From the NCBI GenBank assembly GCA_030390025.1, contig CM059433.1, forward strand, positions 14,510,001 to 14,574,000: 64,000 nucleotides of DNA. Direction: 5' to 3'. Position 1 is the first letter of the stretch; every line of letters begins with the position of its first letter. The DNA comes from Squalus acanthias (taxonomy: Eukaryota). This document shows positions 10,975 through 23,617 of the stretch, piece after piece. The position numbers and the translations under genes were made by a program. The notes below the pieces were generated by a model that had not been told where the DNA came from, made no database searches, and worked only from the letters and a program-made list of their open reading frames with translations.

Positions 10975-12973
10975 AGGCGGGTCTGCCGGGAAAATGGCAG
11001 AATTTGGGGGCGGGTGCCCAACCCGCCCCCAACCCCCCTCCATGCCATCTTGCCAGGAGGCGGGTTGCCGTCCCGCGCCGGGTCCCTTCTCCTTGGAGGC
11101 GGGAAGGGATTAAAGCCTATTAACTGCATGTTAACAGGTAGTTAACAGGCAGATCTTCACCGCACATCAATTACAAGAGAAATGCAGGGAACAGCACCAA
11201 CCGCTGTACATGGCCTTCTTTGATCTCACAAAGGCCTTCGACACAGTCAACCATGAGGGATTATGGAGTGTCCTCCTCAAATTCGGCTGCCCTCAAAAGT
11301 TTGTCACCATCCTCCGCCTGCTTCATGACGACATGCAAGCCGTGATTCTGACCAATGGTTCCACCACAGACCCAATTCACGTACGAACCGGGGTCAAGCA
11401 AGGCTGTGTCATCGCACCAACGCTCTTCTCGATCTTCCTTGCTGCAATGCTCCATCTCACCCTCAGTAAGCTCCCCGCTGGAGTGGAGCTAATTTACAGA
11501 ACAAACGGGAAACTGTTCAACCTCCGTCGCCTCCAGTCCAGATCCAAGGTCGTCCCATCCTCTGTTGTCGAATTACAGTATGCAGACGATGCTTGCATCT
11601 GCGCTCACTCGGAGGTCGAACTCCAAACCATCATCAACACCTTCACCGAAGCGTTTGAGAGCATGGGCCTTACACTAAACATCCGTAAGACAAAGGTCCT
11701 CTACCAACCTGCCACCGCCACACAGTACTGCCCCCCGATTATCAAAATCCACGACAAGGCCTTGGACAACGTGGACTGCTTTCCATACCTCGGGAGCCTA
11801 CTGTCAACAAGGGCAGACGTCCAACACCGCCTTCAGTGTGCCAGTGCAGCCTTCGGTCGCCTGAGGAAGAGAGTGCTTGAAGGTTTGAAGACCAGGACCT
11901 CAAACCCGGCACTAAGCTCATGGTCTACAGAGCAGCAGTGATACCCGCCCTGCTGTATGCCTCAGAGACATGGACCATGTACAGCAGGCACCTCAAAACA
12001 CTGGAGAGGTAACACCAATGCTGCCTCCGCAAGATCCTGCAAATCTATTGGCAGGATAGGCGCACCAACGTCAGTGTTCTTGCTCAGGCCAACATCCCCA
12101 GCATCGAAACTTTGACCACGCTCGATCAGCTCCGATGGACGGGTCACATTGTCCGCATGCCCGATACGAGACTCCCAAAACAAGCGCTCTACTTGGAGCT
12201 CTGGCACGGCAAGAGAGCCCCAGGTGGGCAGAGGAAACGCTTCAAGGACACCCTCAAAGCCTCCTTGAAAAAGTGTAACATCCCCACCGACACCTGGGAA
12301 TCCCTGGCCCAAGACCGCACAAAGTGGAGGAGAAGCATCCGGGAAGGCGCCGAACACCTCGAGTCTCTTCGCCGGGAGCAAGCGGAAGCCAAGCGCAAAC
12401 AGCGCAAGGAGCGCACATCAACCCAAGCACCCCACCCGCCCGCCCCTTCAACCACCATCTGCCCCACCTGTGACAGAGACTGTCGGTCCCGCATTGGACT
12501 CATCAGTCACCTGAGAACTAATTTTTAATGTGGAAGCAAGTCATCCTTGGTTCTGAGGGACTGCCTAAGAAGAACAGGCAGAAAATAGGATTATCCCTTT
12601 TTTGCCCTCACAAGTGCGGGCTTCCCAAAGGCTCCAAAACACACCAGCTCAGCGAGGCGAGTACTGGGTCTGCGGGGGTCGGGGGGGTGGAGTTTGCAAA
12701 AGTGTGATGTGAAGGTAAGTGATGGGTGCAAGAGTGGAGAGGTGAGTATCTGAGGTAAGTGCAAAGTGTTAGTAAAAGTGTACGTACCTTTGTTTCTCCC
12801 TGCAGGCTTCAGTTGGTGTCTACGCGGAGAGTCTCGGACCTCCGCTGGGCGGGCTTCACAAGGTCAATCAAGGGAAAATAGCGTGGATTGGCCAGAAGTT
12901 GATGGAGGCGGGACTGAAACCCGACAAGTGGGAGTCCCGCCTCCAAAAACTCCCCATTGGCAAAATCCAGCCC
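10975..12973 (-). mobile_element. Harbinger-type MITE family B, truncated at left and interrupted by an RTE
   Basis: Ends AAAATCCAGCCC (12962-12973); homologous in reverse orientation to 18142-18911 and 29266-30092. Confidence 0.8.
11153..12572 (+). mobile_element. RTE-clade LINE, 5'-truncated (RT domain to 3' end)
   Basis: AFFDLTKAFDTVN...GVKQGCVIAPTLF...LQYADD RT motifs, C-terminal CPTCDRDCRSRIGLISHLRT zinc finger, AAG tail; 9-bp TSD AACAGGCAG at 11144-11152 and 12573-12581; disabled by frameshift and stop. Confidence 0.93.
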
Positions 12974-13059
12974 GTAGTGTAAACAAGCAAATGGTGAACT
13001 GATAGGAGACTGCAAAGAATTACAATCATGGAGGATTTGAATGTTCCAGAGGTAATATG

Positions 13060-14620
13060 GACAGACTTGGGCCACTGAAAAGAGAGAGTTGAAAGCACAG
13101 ACAATTTCATAGTGGGAATGAGTGATCGACTATTTTACAGAATTTGTGAACCAAGGAATTATGTGGCTGCTATATTAAGATTTATATTTAGCAGCCCACA
13201 GCTCTGACTAGTAAGCTGAAAGTGGATCATTGCATAGTTGGATTTGATCGTGTATTTAACGTTAAGACCAAGAATAAAAATATGGATATGTATTATGTTA
13301 GAAGAGCAAGTTTTGGTCCTGCAAAAGCACTCTGGGGAGAATTAGATGTGAAATGGATCTAGAAATTTAAGCTGACAAAAAAAATGATTTGTTTGTAGAC
13401 TAAGGGAAGCAAAAATGAAATATATCCAGATGGGAAAAAAAGAGCAAATTCTCAAAAGCAGGACTCTAGTTTCTGAATAAGGAGAATCAAATAATGGCAA
13501 AGTTTTTGAAAGACACAAGTATGCAAATATTTCAACTTGTGCAAGGCAGTTGGCAGTTACCAAAATAAATATTAGAAAGGGCAAAATTACAACAGAAAGT
13601 TAGACTGTAGGTAATAACAAGACAGATTCAAATATATGTTTTAGCTATAGAGGTAGACTGTGTAAGACAAGCTAGCTTCTTAAAGTAATAGGTTGGGTAA
13701 TAGTGATATATGTTAAATGTATTCTCCCCAAATGAAGACTGTAGCTATATTCCAGAACTAGTCAAATTAGTTGATAAACCCAGAAGAAATGTAGTAGTCA
13801 GCAAATCATGAAGCTTGATAAAAAAATTCAAGGGACTGAAGGCTAGATTTCTACTATTCATTGTCAATGGATGGAAAATCTAAATTAAATATCTACCAGA
13901 CACCGGAACCAGATGGGATAAACCAGCTGTCCAAACTTTAGTTGTCCTCCGCTACATCGGAACCGTAGGAGACACACGCTAACTTAATTTTATGTGTGAA
14001 AGAGCAGAGGGATTTGGGAGTACAGATTCACATGACATTAAAGGCAGCATCTCAGGTTGATAAGGCTAGAAAAAAAATCTAATGGAATTACGGGGTTTAT
14101 CTCAAGAGGTATAGAACATTAAAGCAAGAGGTGCTGAGGATCCGATATAAAGCCTTACTAAAACCTCAGTTAGACTACTGAGTGCAGTATTGAGCTCCAC
14201 ACTATAGCAAGGATATTGTGGCTTTTGAGAGGGTACGGCACAGATTGACTAGGATGCTGTCTGGCACGAAAAAAATACCAATACGAAGACTTGAAAAATC
14301 TTATCTCTTTTTTTGTTCGAACAATGCAGATTACGCAGCGGTGTGAGAGGAGTGTTCAAAATTCTGAAAGGATAGAACACAGGGTAGGTAGAAGCAGATA
14401 GTTTCCAGGAGTTGAAGGGTCAGGAATGAGGAGCCACAGATACAAGATTAAATGTAGGAGATTTAGAACAAAGGACAGGAGAAACTGCTTTGCACAGAGA
14501 GTTGTGGAATTCACTTCCAGGGTTAGCGGTTGAGGTAGAAACGATGTCAACATTCAAGATTAGATTGGATAGATGGATGAAGGAAAAGGGTTGAAAGTAT
14601 AGAGGAAGAGAGTCATCTGA
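13060..14620 (+). mobile_element. Highly decayed CR1 LINE remnants
   Basis: Recognisable 3' CR1 motifs at 14000-14615 (gagcagagggatttgggag, cagagagttgtggaattc); upstream portion weaker. Confidence 0.55.
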
Positions 14621-14706
14621 CACAACTCTAGCTGTATTGTACAGTATGTTGAAAAATATAAGAAGTCGCTCAACACCAGGTTATAGTCCAACAGCTTTAT
14701 TTGAAA

Positions 14707-14744
14707 TCACAAGCTTTCGGAGCGCTGCTCCTTCGTCAGGTGAA
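14707..14744 (-). ncRNA. Minimal type I hammerhead ribozyme, minus-strand copy
   Basis: Reverse complement reads UUCAC-CUGACGA-A-GGAGC-AGC-GCUCC-GAAA-GCUU-GUGA. Confidence 0.8.
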
Positions 14745-14916
14745 GTGAAGTGAAGAGATGCATATAGGCACAGCATATATAGTCAGAGAACACTGCCGGA
14801 TGATTACAGTTAATCTTTCCAACTGCCCTGTGATAAAGGGCAGTTGAAAAGATTAACTGTAATCATCTGGCAGTGTTCTCTGACTATATATGCTGTGACT
14901 ATATGCATCTCTTCAC

Positions 14917-14954
14917 TTCACCTGACGAAGGAGCAGCGCTCCGAAAGCTTGTGA
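14917..14954 (+). ncRNA. Minimal type I hammerhead ribozyme, plus-strand copy
   Basis: Core CUGACGA (14922-14928), stem II GGAGC/GCUCC, GAAA (14943-14946), palindromic AGCU in place of stem III, stem I UCAC/GUGA. Confidence 0.8.
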
Positions 14955-17009
14955 TTTCAAATAAAGCTGTTGGACTATAACCTGGTGTTGTGCGACTTCT
15001 CACATTTGTCCATCCCAGTCCAACACCGGCATCTCCACATCTTGAAAAATATAGTAGATGACTATGGCAACTTTCCACTCACCCTCAAAACTAGTCATGA
15101 TACTTATTGATTACAATGTGATGAAAATCACTTGACAACCTGTGGGTTACTCCGCACCCACAGGTATTTTATTACAACCTGCCTGCGTTTCTTTGACAGC
15201 CTCAACGGGCGTGATTATTTTTTTTTGCACGTAAAAAGGATCAAACACCTTTGGATTGTAACAAGTCAGGTATCAAGAACAAATACATTTTTTGCCGAAA
15301 ATAAATTAATTCTCCTGAATTAATTCATAGATTCCGAACAGCAAGTAGCTTTCCTGAATTAACTTTATGGCGAGCTCATGTAACTTCACTTTTTTAATTC
15401 AAAAAGAATCCGTTTTACTTAACCTCTGTGGTATATATGCTAGAATATAATAAATGCATACTAAAGGGATTTGAATACTGATTTTTCTTAGTGGATTTTA
15501 AATTAGGAAAGTTTCCTAATATAATATGTAGAGAATGATCTGTTGGGAAGTTATATATATGAATGTTACAGAATAAAATTGAAGAAATGTATTCAATTTT
15601 GCTGAAAAAGTTCAGCAACAAAGACGGACGGATCCTTACTGATGGATGGTACTGGCAGATAAGTCGACCAGCAGTGTTGGACGAATAACTTCACTGCATG
15701 CCTATTATCTGGATTTTCTCTACAGGCGTATTTATCTATTTAATGCCCATCCTTCAATTGCAATTACTAAATGTGGGTTAGTTTCATGCCCCATAGCTTA
15801 CAGGACTCCAGTTGAGTCAATGCCAAATGATCGGTACCCTGAAAAGAAATGAAGAATGCCATACCTAAACTGGAGTCTAGACCCATGTCTTTTCAGCATT
15901 AATTAATGGAAAAATTCTATCTCGTTCGCTCCTAAATTATGCACCACCTCCAGAAGCCAGGACACTTTGCAAACTTCAATGGAAGTCAATTCCTCTAGAC
16001 CTATCTCTTTTAGCCCCCAAGGTATTCATAAACGCCTCTATCCAGTACACTGCAATTACTTTCTCGTTGGCAGGATGCACTCAAAGTCTAAAAGAAGCAA
16101 AGGAGCAAAATCCTGGTCAGCAAACTACAAAAACAAAACAAGGGAATCTGGGACCATACCCTCACAACCACCACTTGCAGTAGAATCCTTGAAGGTCAAC
16201 TGAATCCCATAAACAAAGCATGCCACACTCCATCTAAGATACAAAAATGGTCCGCTCTCTGTCAGATCAGTGCTGGAGAGCTTGTAGCCTGAGTTACACA
16301 CTTACATGTGCCTTCTGGTGCCGCCCCAAATCAAACCATATTGGGTCCAAATTATCTGTTAAAATAAAGGTGAGGTTAATGGCACTCGCCGTTATTTTAT
16401 GCGCAAATGGTACAGCAACTTCAGGCGAAGGGCAGATGCGCAGTTAAACGCAGAAATCCTAACGTTGCTGTCCGAGTTAGCCATTCTGCCGTTAGCTTCG
16501 CAAAAACGGTATCTCGCTATCTGCCCCACCATTAAAGTGCATGAAGTGCGTGAAGTTGCTGTATTTGCGTGGTAGATACGAACTAATCTCACCACAGAAA
16601 GCTAAGTCTGGTCATTTCAAGTCTAAATATTCTTTTAATTACTGCCACAAGGGCCAAGGCCAGCATTGATGTCCCTTCAGATCCATCCACTGTCTGCTAG
16701 GTCCGTCCCCAGGGATGTGAAATCTGCCTGAGATGCACAGCCAAGTACAACTCTCGATGCTAGCAGCAAAAAGAGGCAACCCCAAATTGTACATCACAAG
16801 CACGTGGATAAGGCACTTATTATAAAGCATGGGATTTACGGACTCCAGTTAGAATGAATATCAAACAGTGTGTATCTATTTTCTCGCATGAACCCAAAAG
16901 CACAGCTTTGCAGAGGGGGTTATGTTAATGCCAATGGGAATTACACTACTCATCGGCTATACAGAAAAGTCCCAACCCCAAAATACCCTGGGATCGCTCC
17001 TGTGTGCTC

Positions 17010-19050
17010 ATGTCTGGTGGTGCTGCCCTCATATTATAACTACTTGGACCTGCAGGATATTAAATATTGTATCAATGGGCACAATTAGGTCATCAATGGG
17101 ATGTTGTCAGGTCATTGTATCCAGTGTACTCAACCACTTCTTATCATGTGAACTGAACCAAGTTGGCCGGACTCTGGAATCTATGACGATGGGGGCCAAA
17201 TAGGAGTGTCCACTGGCACTTTTGACAGAAGAAATTTGCAAAACACTTGTTTCTTGCACTCATGTGTTGGTTTCCACCAGAGTTCAGGATAGGGATGTTC
17301 TACTGTTAGTTGCTTTATTGTCCACAACCATTCTCAAATGATGTGGTAGAGCTACAGAGCTTTGCTCTGATTCATTAGTTGTGAGAATACTTAACTCTGT
17401 CCATAGTCTGTTGCATTTTGTGTTTACCATGCAGGTAGTCCTGTTTTGTAGCTGCACTAGGTTGGTGCCTCATTCGGAGGTATGTCTGGTACTGCTCCTG
17501 GCACACCCTTCTAAAATCCCCATTGAACGAGGTTTGGTCTCTGAGGAGTAAAGGCTGGACTGTGAGGTTACAGTTGGTGCTGATATACAATTCTGCTACT
17601 GCTGATGGTCCACAGTGCCTCATTTCAGCTTTGGGCTGTTGGATCAGTCCTGAGTCGGTTCCACTTAGCACGGTAATAGTGCTAAACTACATGATGGAAG
17701 GTATTCTCACTGTGCAGACGAGACTTTGTCTCCACAAGGACTGTGTGATGATTACTATTGTGGACAGAAGAGGTTATTTTCTTGTGTTGGTTCACTCACC
17801 AGCTGAAGCAGTCACAGTCTGGCTGGTACATCCTTCAGAAATAGTGGCGGTATGACCAACATTGTAGTCACCCACTCAGAGTACATCTGTGCCCTTGCTT
17901 CCATCAGTGAGTCCTTTTAGTAGGGTTTAACATGGAGGAATACTGATTCACCAGTAGAGAGGTGTTAGGTGTCAATCAGTATGCAATTGCCTTGCCCTTG
18001 TTACGCCTGAACCATGAGACTTCATGAAGTCTGGAGTCAATATTGAAGATGCCCAGATGCAAGCCCTCCTGACTGGAACAGGACATATCCAAGAATGGTG
18101 AGGGAGGAGTCTGAGATATTGGCTGGCAGATATGACTCATTGGGCTGGATTTTATGAATGGAGACGTGTTGGAGGCGGGACTGCTGCTTGCCGGGTTTTA
18201 GTCCCGCCTCCAGCGACGTCTGGCCAACCCACACTATTTTCCATTGATTGGCCTTGTTAAGCCCGCCCTGCGGGCTTAGCCAGCCAATTAATGGAAAGCC
18301 GGTGACAGATGACGTCAGCGTATGACGTTTCATCTGTCAAGATTTTTTGACAGATGAATTGTCAGTGTTTCACAGCTCTGTGAAGCTGTCAAACACTGAC
18401 AACCTGTCTTTTAAGGGGAGACCTTGGACACAGGCTCACTTAGAAATCTCTCCTGAGCAGAAAGCAGAAGGCTGCTGCATCTGAGAATGCAGCGACCATT
18501 CTGCATTCTCTGCCATTGAGATGAGGCAGCTCCGCAGCCTAAAGGGTTGAAGCCTGGAGGAAGAAGCAAAGGTAAGGAAACTTCTTAGAACACTTTACAC
18601 TCACCTCACACACTTACCTCTCCACACATGCACCCATCACTCACCTCCACAGCGGACATTTCGGCCCCTCCGACCCCCACAGACCCACGGCTCGCCTCGC
18701 TGACCTTGGTGAGGTTCAGAGCCATCAGGAAGCCCACATTTAGGGCTCAAAATAGGGAAAAGCCAAAAAACTGCCTGTTAACTACCTGTTAACAGGCAGT
18801 TCATTGTCACTAATCCCCTTCCCTCCTCGAGGAGACAGCTCCCAGATTCTGCAATTTTCCTGGCAGTCCCGCCTCCATTCCCGCCTCCCCAGGGCTGGGA
18901 AAATTCCCCCCATTGAGTACAATTATATCTGGCTGTTGCTTGACTGGTCTGTGGGACAGCTCCTCCACTTGGACAACATCTCCAAAGTTTATTGGGGAGG
19001 ACCTTGCATGATTGACTGGGTCACGTTTGCTCGAGTTTTGACTTGATCCA
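17010..19050 (-). mobile_element. Decayed non-LTR retrotransposon (probably family Z, upstream ORF2 region), interrupted by a MITE
   Basis: Minus-strand peptide remnants such as DFRRVCQEQYQTYLRMRHQPSAATKQDYLH; sequence resumes after the MITE at 18915. Confidence 0.5.
18142..18911 (+). mobile_element. Harbinger-type MITE family B
   Basis: GGGCTGGATTTT ... AAAATTCCCCCC with ATT TSD; homologous to 29266-30092. Confidence 0.88.
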
Positions 19051-19543
19051 ATGTCTGGGTCATTATTAAGTTGAGAAAACCTATCCACTTTATTTCCCTG
19101 AAAGACTGAGACCCTTGTCAAATACAGCAAGGCAAATTTTAAAATGAACACTGATATATAACCACTTATTTCCAATAACATCATTGTCTCTCAGGCAGAT
19201 TGTGAGCGTGACAATTCACAATGGCATACTGACACACATCTGTTCCCTTTCCGAGTAAGTTGTAGCAAAAGCTTCTAAACCTCATTTTAAAACTAAATAT
19301 AAACTGTCCTAAACCTTATCAGGGCTTCTCAATCAAGATTGTAATATGTGATATATTTGAAATCTCAATATATCTTTCCCTCACAATTTAATGCTTTCCA
19401 AAGTTAAGATTTGGAAGTTAAACAGCAACTCAGTTATTCATAAACTGCCAGATTGCTTCATTTAAAAGGTGTTTTGGATGGCTGCTGGGTGCTGTACAAT
19501 AATTTATGCACTTGCGTTGACAGTCATATATCGAGGCTTACGA

Positions 19544-19557
19544 TTTGTCATGGCAAC
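19544..19557 (-). promoter_or_regulatory. RFX X-box-like motif
   Basis: GTTGCCATGACAAA, 12/14 match to GTTGCCATGGCAAC, in unique DNA and followed on the minus strand by a GTAAGC donor-like site. Confidence 0.25.
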
Positions 19558-19905
19558 CGGAGACATTTACTCCAGACAGAGCCCAGTAATGATAAAGAGT
19601 CACATCACAGCGCAATAGTTGAAAATCAAAGCACAATGAAGCTTAGGCAAATTCTTAAATAAAGCTGTATACAGTCAACAGAATTGCTCTCCTTCAGGCC
19701 AACTATCCCCTTTAAGAGGAAGGAGAGTAAAGGGGAAGTACATTTTCTTCAAAGTACTCTCTGGTGTCTATGTAAATATAATATACAATTGCAACAATAT
19801 TCCTTACCATTTAACAAAAAAAATTCTACTCACTCTTTTAAAGCCTTTATCCCTGCAAGCAACCCTGGTAATGTCAGTGATGGCGATAAACTGATTGCGT
19901 TCTGG

Positions 19906-20225
19906 AACAACAACAACTTGCATTTATATAACGCCTTTAACGTAGTGAAACATCCCAAGGCACTGCACCGTGTTATCAAACACAATTGGACACCGAGCCA
20001 AAGAACATAGAACAGCTGACCAACTGTTTGGCTAAAGTGGTAGGTTTATAAGCTGAGTCTTAAAGGAAGAGAGAGTTGTGGAGAGGCTAAGAGGTGTGGG
20101 GAGGGAATTCCCGAGCTTAGGGCCTAGATGGCTGAAGGCATGGACTCCAAAGGTGGCTGTGCAAGAGGCCAGAGTTGGAGGAACGCAGAGTTCTCGGAGG
20201 GTTGTAAGGCTGGCGGAGGTTACAG
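19906..20225 (-). mobile_element. L2 LINE 3' end
   Basis: aacaacaacaacttgcatttatata...catcccaagg tail, same as 44708 and 38455/40796. Confidence 0.8.
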
Positions 20226-21511
20226 GGAAAGGCAGCTCCTTTCGTTTCAAAAGCCTTGGGGCCAATTTGAAGCAGCTTTACCCCAAGAAAATTCAGTACC
20301 ATTTGAATCTCCACAAGGACAGGAACATTTATTCCTTATTTAAAAATCAATATAGAATTGCTGATTCCTTAGACTGAAATCCTAATTTCTAACACCTTTG
20401 AGAAAGAGAGACAAACAGACAGATGGAGAGTAAAACATGCATGTGGTGCCTTTCCTCATTTTAATTTAATACTTTTTATGCAAAAAAAAACACAGGTAAG
20501 TTAAATTTTGAAAGCAAACAATACTTCCTTGAGGGACACAGATATGAAGGGAGAAGAAGATGGAGAGAGGAAAAGATGGAGGAGAGTACAGGAGGAGGGA
20601 AATAGATTGAGGGTGATGGAGCCTCCATTATCTCATCACCCACCCTCATGGGGAGTGTGTAGAAGTGGGGTTGGGTGGAATTGGATGGAGGGTTAAGGGT
20701 GAGGTGAGTGATAGAAGAGCAAGGGGGAGGGGAGGATACAGAGGGGGAAGCATGACTGATTGAGCAAGGGGATGGGAATATAGCCATTGATGGCTGCATT
20801 TTCTCTGCAACCTACATCAAATGCACCATGAAAGAACATGCCAAACCACTTACCATCTCTCAACTGAAAGAAGAGAAAAAGACAGAGAAGCAAAAAGAAG
20901 AGTTATGGGGAGGAAAACAGAAGCGAAAGCTGAGATTTAAAGCAGAAGATAGAGAGATAAAACAGCAACCCAAAGACATCAGAGACACACAAGAGAATGG
21001 CCATTTTCTCTCTGTCACTTACCATGTGCAACGCCATGGAAGCTCGACTAGTATTTTTATAATTATATTCGTCAATTTCCTTTGGCATTGCACATGGGCA
21101 ATGAAAACCAAGTGTAATTTTCAGGTGAAGCTAATTTAGATGATTGGGCTAATAGGACCAGGGCATGTAGACAATTCAATACCCAATTTGAAGTCATACA
21201 CTTTGTCCTTATCTTGATATACTTTGAATTGATATAATTTATAGTTATACAGTAAAACTTGGGGCTACTTGGAAAGCAGAGGAATAGAGTTGTTTGGACC
21301 ATTGGGGTTTCTCTACTGAGGAACTAGGAGATACAAAACCGAGCAACAATGGAAGAGTATATTTACAGCTTAACAAGGTTACATAGGCGGTTTTCATTGT
21401 AAATATTGACATGGGAATTTATAATAGAAAAAAGTTGATACAGAAGTATGGCATAAATATGACGACACAAAATAGTGAGGTTTTGTCGGCAGGAAATTTA
21501 TGCAGACATCA

Positions 21512-21640
21512 GCGCCAGGAATTTCCTTGGGGGTTCTCCCAATCGGCCGCCGTAACTTCGGTGGATGATCGGCGGAACCCCAGATACATGCTAAACGCTA
21601 AACGTTACAGCGGCCGATTGGGAGAAACTCCGGCAAAGGA
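21512..21640. repeat. Short palindromic MITE-like element
   Basis: TTCTCCCAATCGGCCGCCGTAAC / GTTACAGCGGCCGATTGGGAGAA inverted arms. Confidence 0.55.
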
Positions 21641-21951
21641 TTTTAATATATTAGTGATTTTTTTTAAGAGTGATATTGGAGGAGTATGATGAGCACAAAG
21701 TTCTCGCCACAAATTTCCCTTCCCTTTAAGAACTAACTTCCGTTGTCTCGTACCTGTTTAGTATTTCCCGTAATGGTTTATAGGGAATAATTCTAGATGT
21801 TTCTCATAATAATTGCACTGACTTATGACAGGAAAATCAGAACAACCTGATGTGGTGCCATTCGAGCATGTTCTTGAGCTACATTTTTGATTTGCACGCT
21901 AGGTATTCTCCTTGGGTTCAGTATCACCCATCACTTCTCTAAGCAGACTTT

Positions 21952-22680
21952 GGGCTCGATTTTGTCATTGGGGCGGGCTGGGGTCGTGTCATCCGCTTTT
22001 CGTGTTAGCCACCCGACTCCAATTGGATGTGGGGGAATTATTCGATTTTCCCCTAATTGGGCAATTGAGTTCCAGCATGTGGGAACCCATGACCCAATTA
22101 GTGTTTTCAGTCTGAAAGTTGCCTCTGATGATGTCATCATTGCTGCTGCATTTAAGGTCTGCAAAGACTGGGAAGCTTTTGGCCTTTGCTGTGAGAGGGA
22201 CCTGGAGGCAAAATGAGCAGCAGGAGACCTAAGTCTGCTCCCAGATTTTTTTTTGTACCACCACCACCACCACCACCACTACTCCAGGCTCCAAAACAAC
22301 GGTTATGACTGCTAAAAGTTCCCCCAGAATGATGATTGATCAAATCTCCTTCTTAATGGTGGACCTGCAGCTGATAGTCAGCAATCCAAGTGTGCTACCG
22401 CCAGGTTTCACCGTCGTGTTTCAGAGGAGGCGTGCATCACGTCGGAAAAGTGTTAAAATCAGAAAGGCCTCTCAAAATGGGATGATAGAGGCAATTAAGT
22501 GGTTGTTAAGGGCCTTAAGGGCCTATCCCGCCTCTTGGAGGCGGGACGGAGACGGGATCAGAAACCACGCATTTGGGAAAATTGCTCGGAGGCGGGGTCG
22601 GGCCCGCCCGCCATTTCTTGCAATTTTAACACCCCACACGCCTCCATTCCCGCCTCCTCGGGCCTGGCAAAATCGAGCCG
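21952..22680. mobile_element. Harbinger-type MITE family A
   Basis: GGGCTCGATTTT / AAAATCGAGCCG, TTT TSD; homologous to 2132-2901. Confidence 0.88.
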
Positions 22681-23617
22681 TTTGTGTTTCCTATGAACCA
22701 GAGGGAGCCTTCAACTGTTCCAATATCGAGGTACTTGTAGTGAGATCCGGGGCGAAGAGAGAACGCTTAAACATTCGACTTTAGCGTACTGGATTAAACC
22801 ATGAGCCACCACATGATCTGCACTTCAGTCGGTGGAAGCATAACACCATCAGACAGTGCCTCAGGCTATGAGTGACTAGATAAATGTATTGAATGTAGAG
22901 CAGTACTCAGCACATTTACAGTAAATAGAAACTTTTACTAATCTCCTCAAAATGTCAAACAATAAAGATGCTTCTCCTGCACTAACCCTCAACCTAAAAT
23001 TGACCCTTCAATCACGCTGACTGCTTCTCTCTGGCTGGCTTAAGACTGACTGCTCTCCGGCTGCATTGCAGCCGTGAGATAGCCCAAGTTCCTTCTCGTA
23101 ACTGCATTCAGGTGATCAGACATTCAGAGGACTTAAAATGGTGTTTGTCCATCCAGACACAACTAATAAGACGCGCACACTATTGGTTTTTGAATTCAAT
23201 AGCTTCACCCCTGCTTGTGAACTGAGTATCCCTGTCCCACCTGAATGCTCCAGGAAAGATCCAATTAAAACTTATTAGTAATTGCACAAAGCCAGTGCAC
23301 CATGCAATCAGGTACAGAATTCCAATTTACAAATGTACCTCTGATATAGATGTGAGAGAGACAATTGTTAAAAAAGGCCTGTGCCACTTTGCTTTAAAAT
23401 GAATCTTAGTTTTAAGCCTGTGTATAGTGTGACCAGCAAGACAAAATCCAATAAATAATCTATTTCAGCACACTTTGTAATGCAGCACATAGCAAGTAGT
23501 GAAACACTGGTGTTATTGTGCATGGTGTAATTCTAATATCAGTTGAATTGGTGCTCTCAGTCAGTTCAGCAATGCACAGAAATAGGAACTTCCACTGAAT
23601 CGAACAATGGAAATAAT

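Larger units (their letters stand above)
14661..15041 (+). mobile_element. Non-autonomous Penelope-like element: inverted pseudo-LTR pair plus 41-bp tail
   Basis: ~165-bp near-perfect inverted arms (14661-14829 / 14837-15000), unpaired tail 15001-15041, 12-bp TSD TTGAAAAATATA at 14649-14660 and 15042-15053. Confidence 0.88.
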
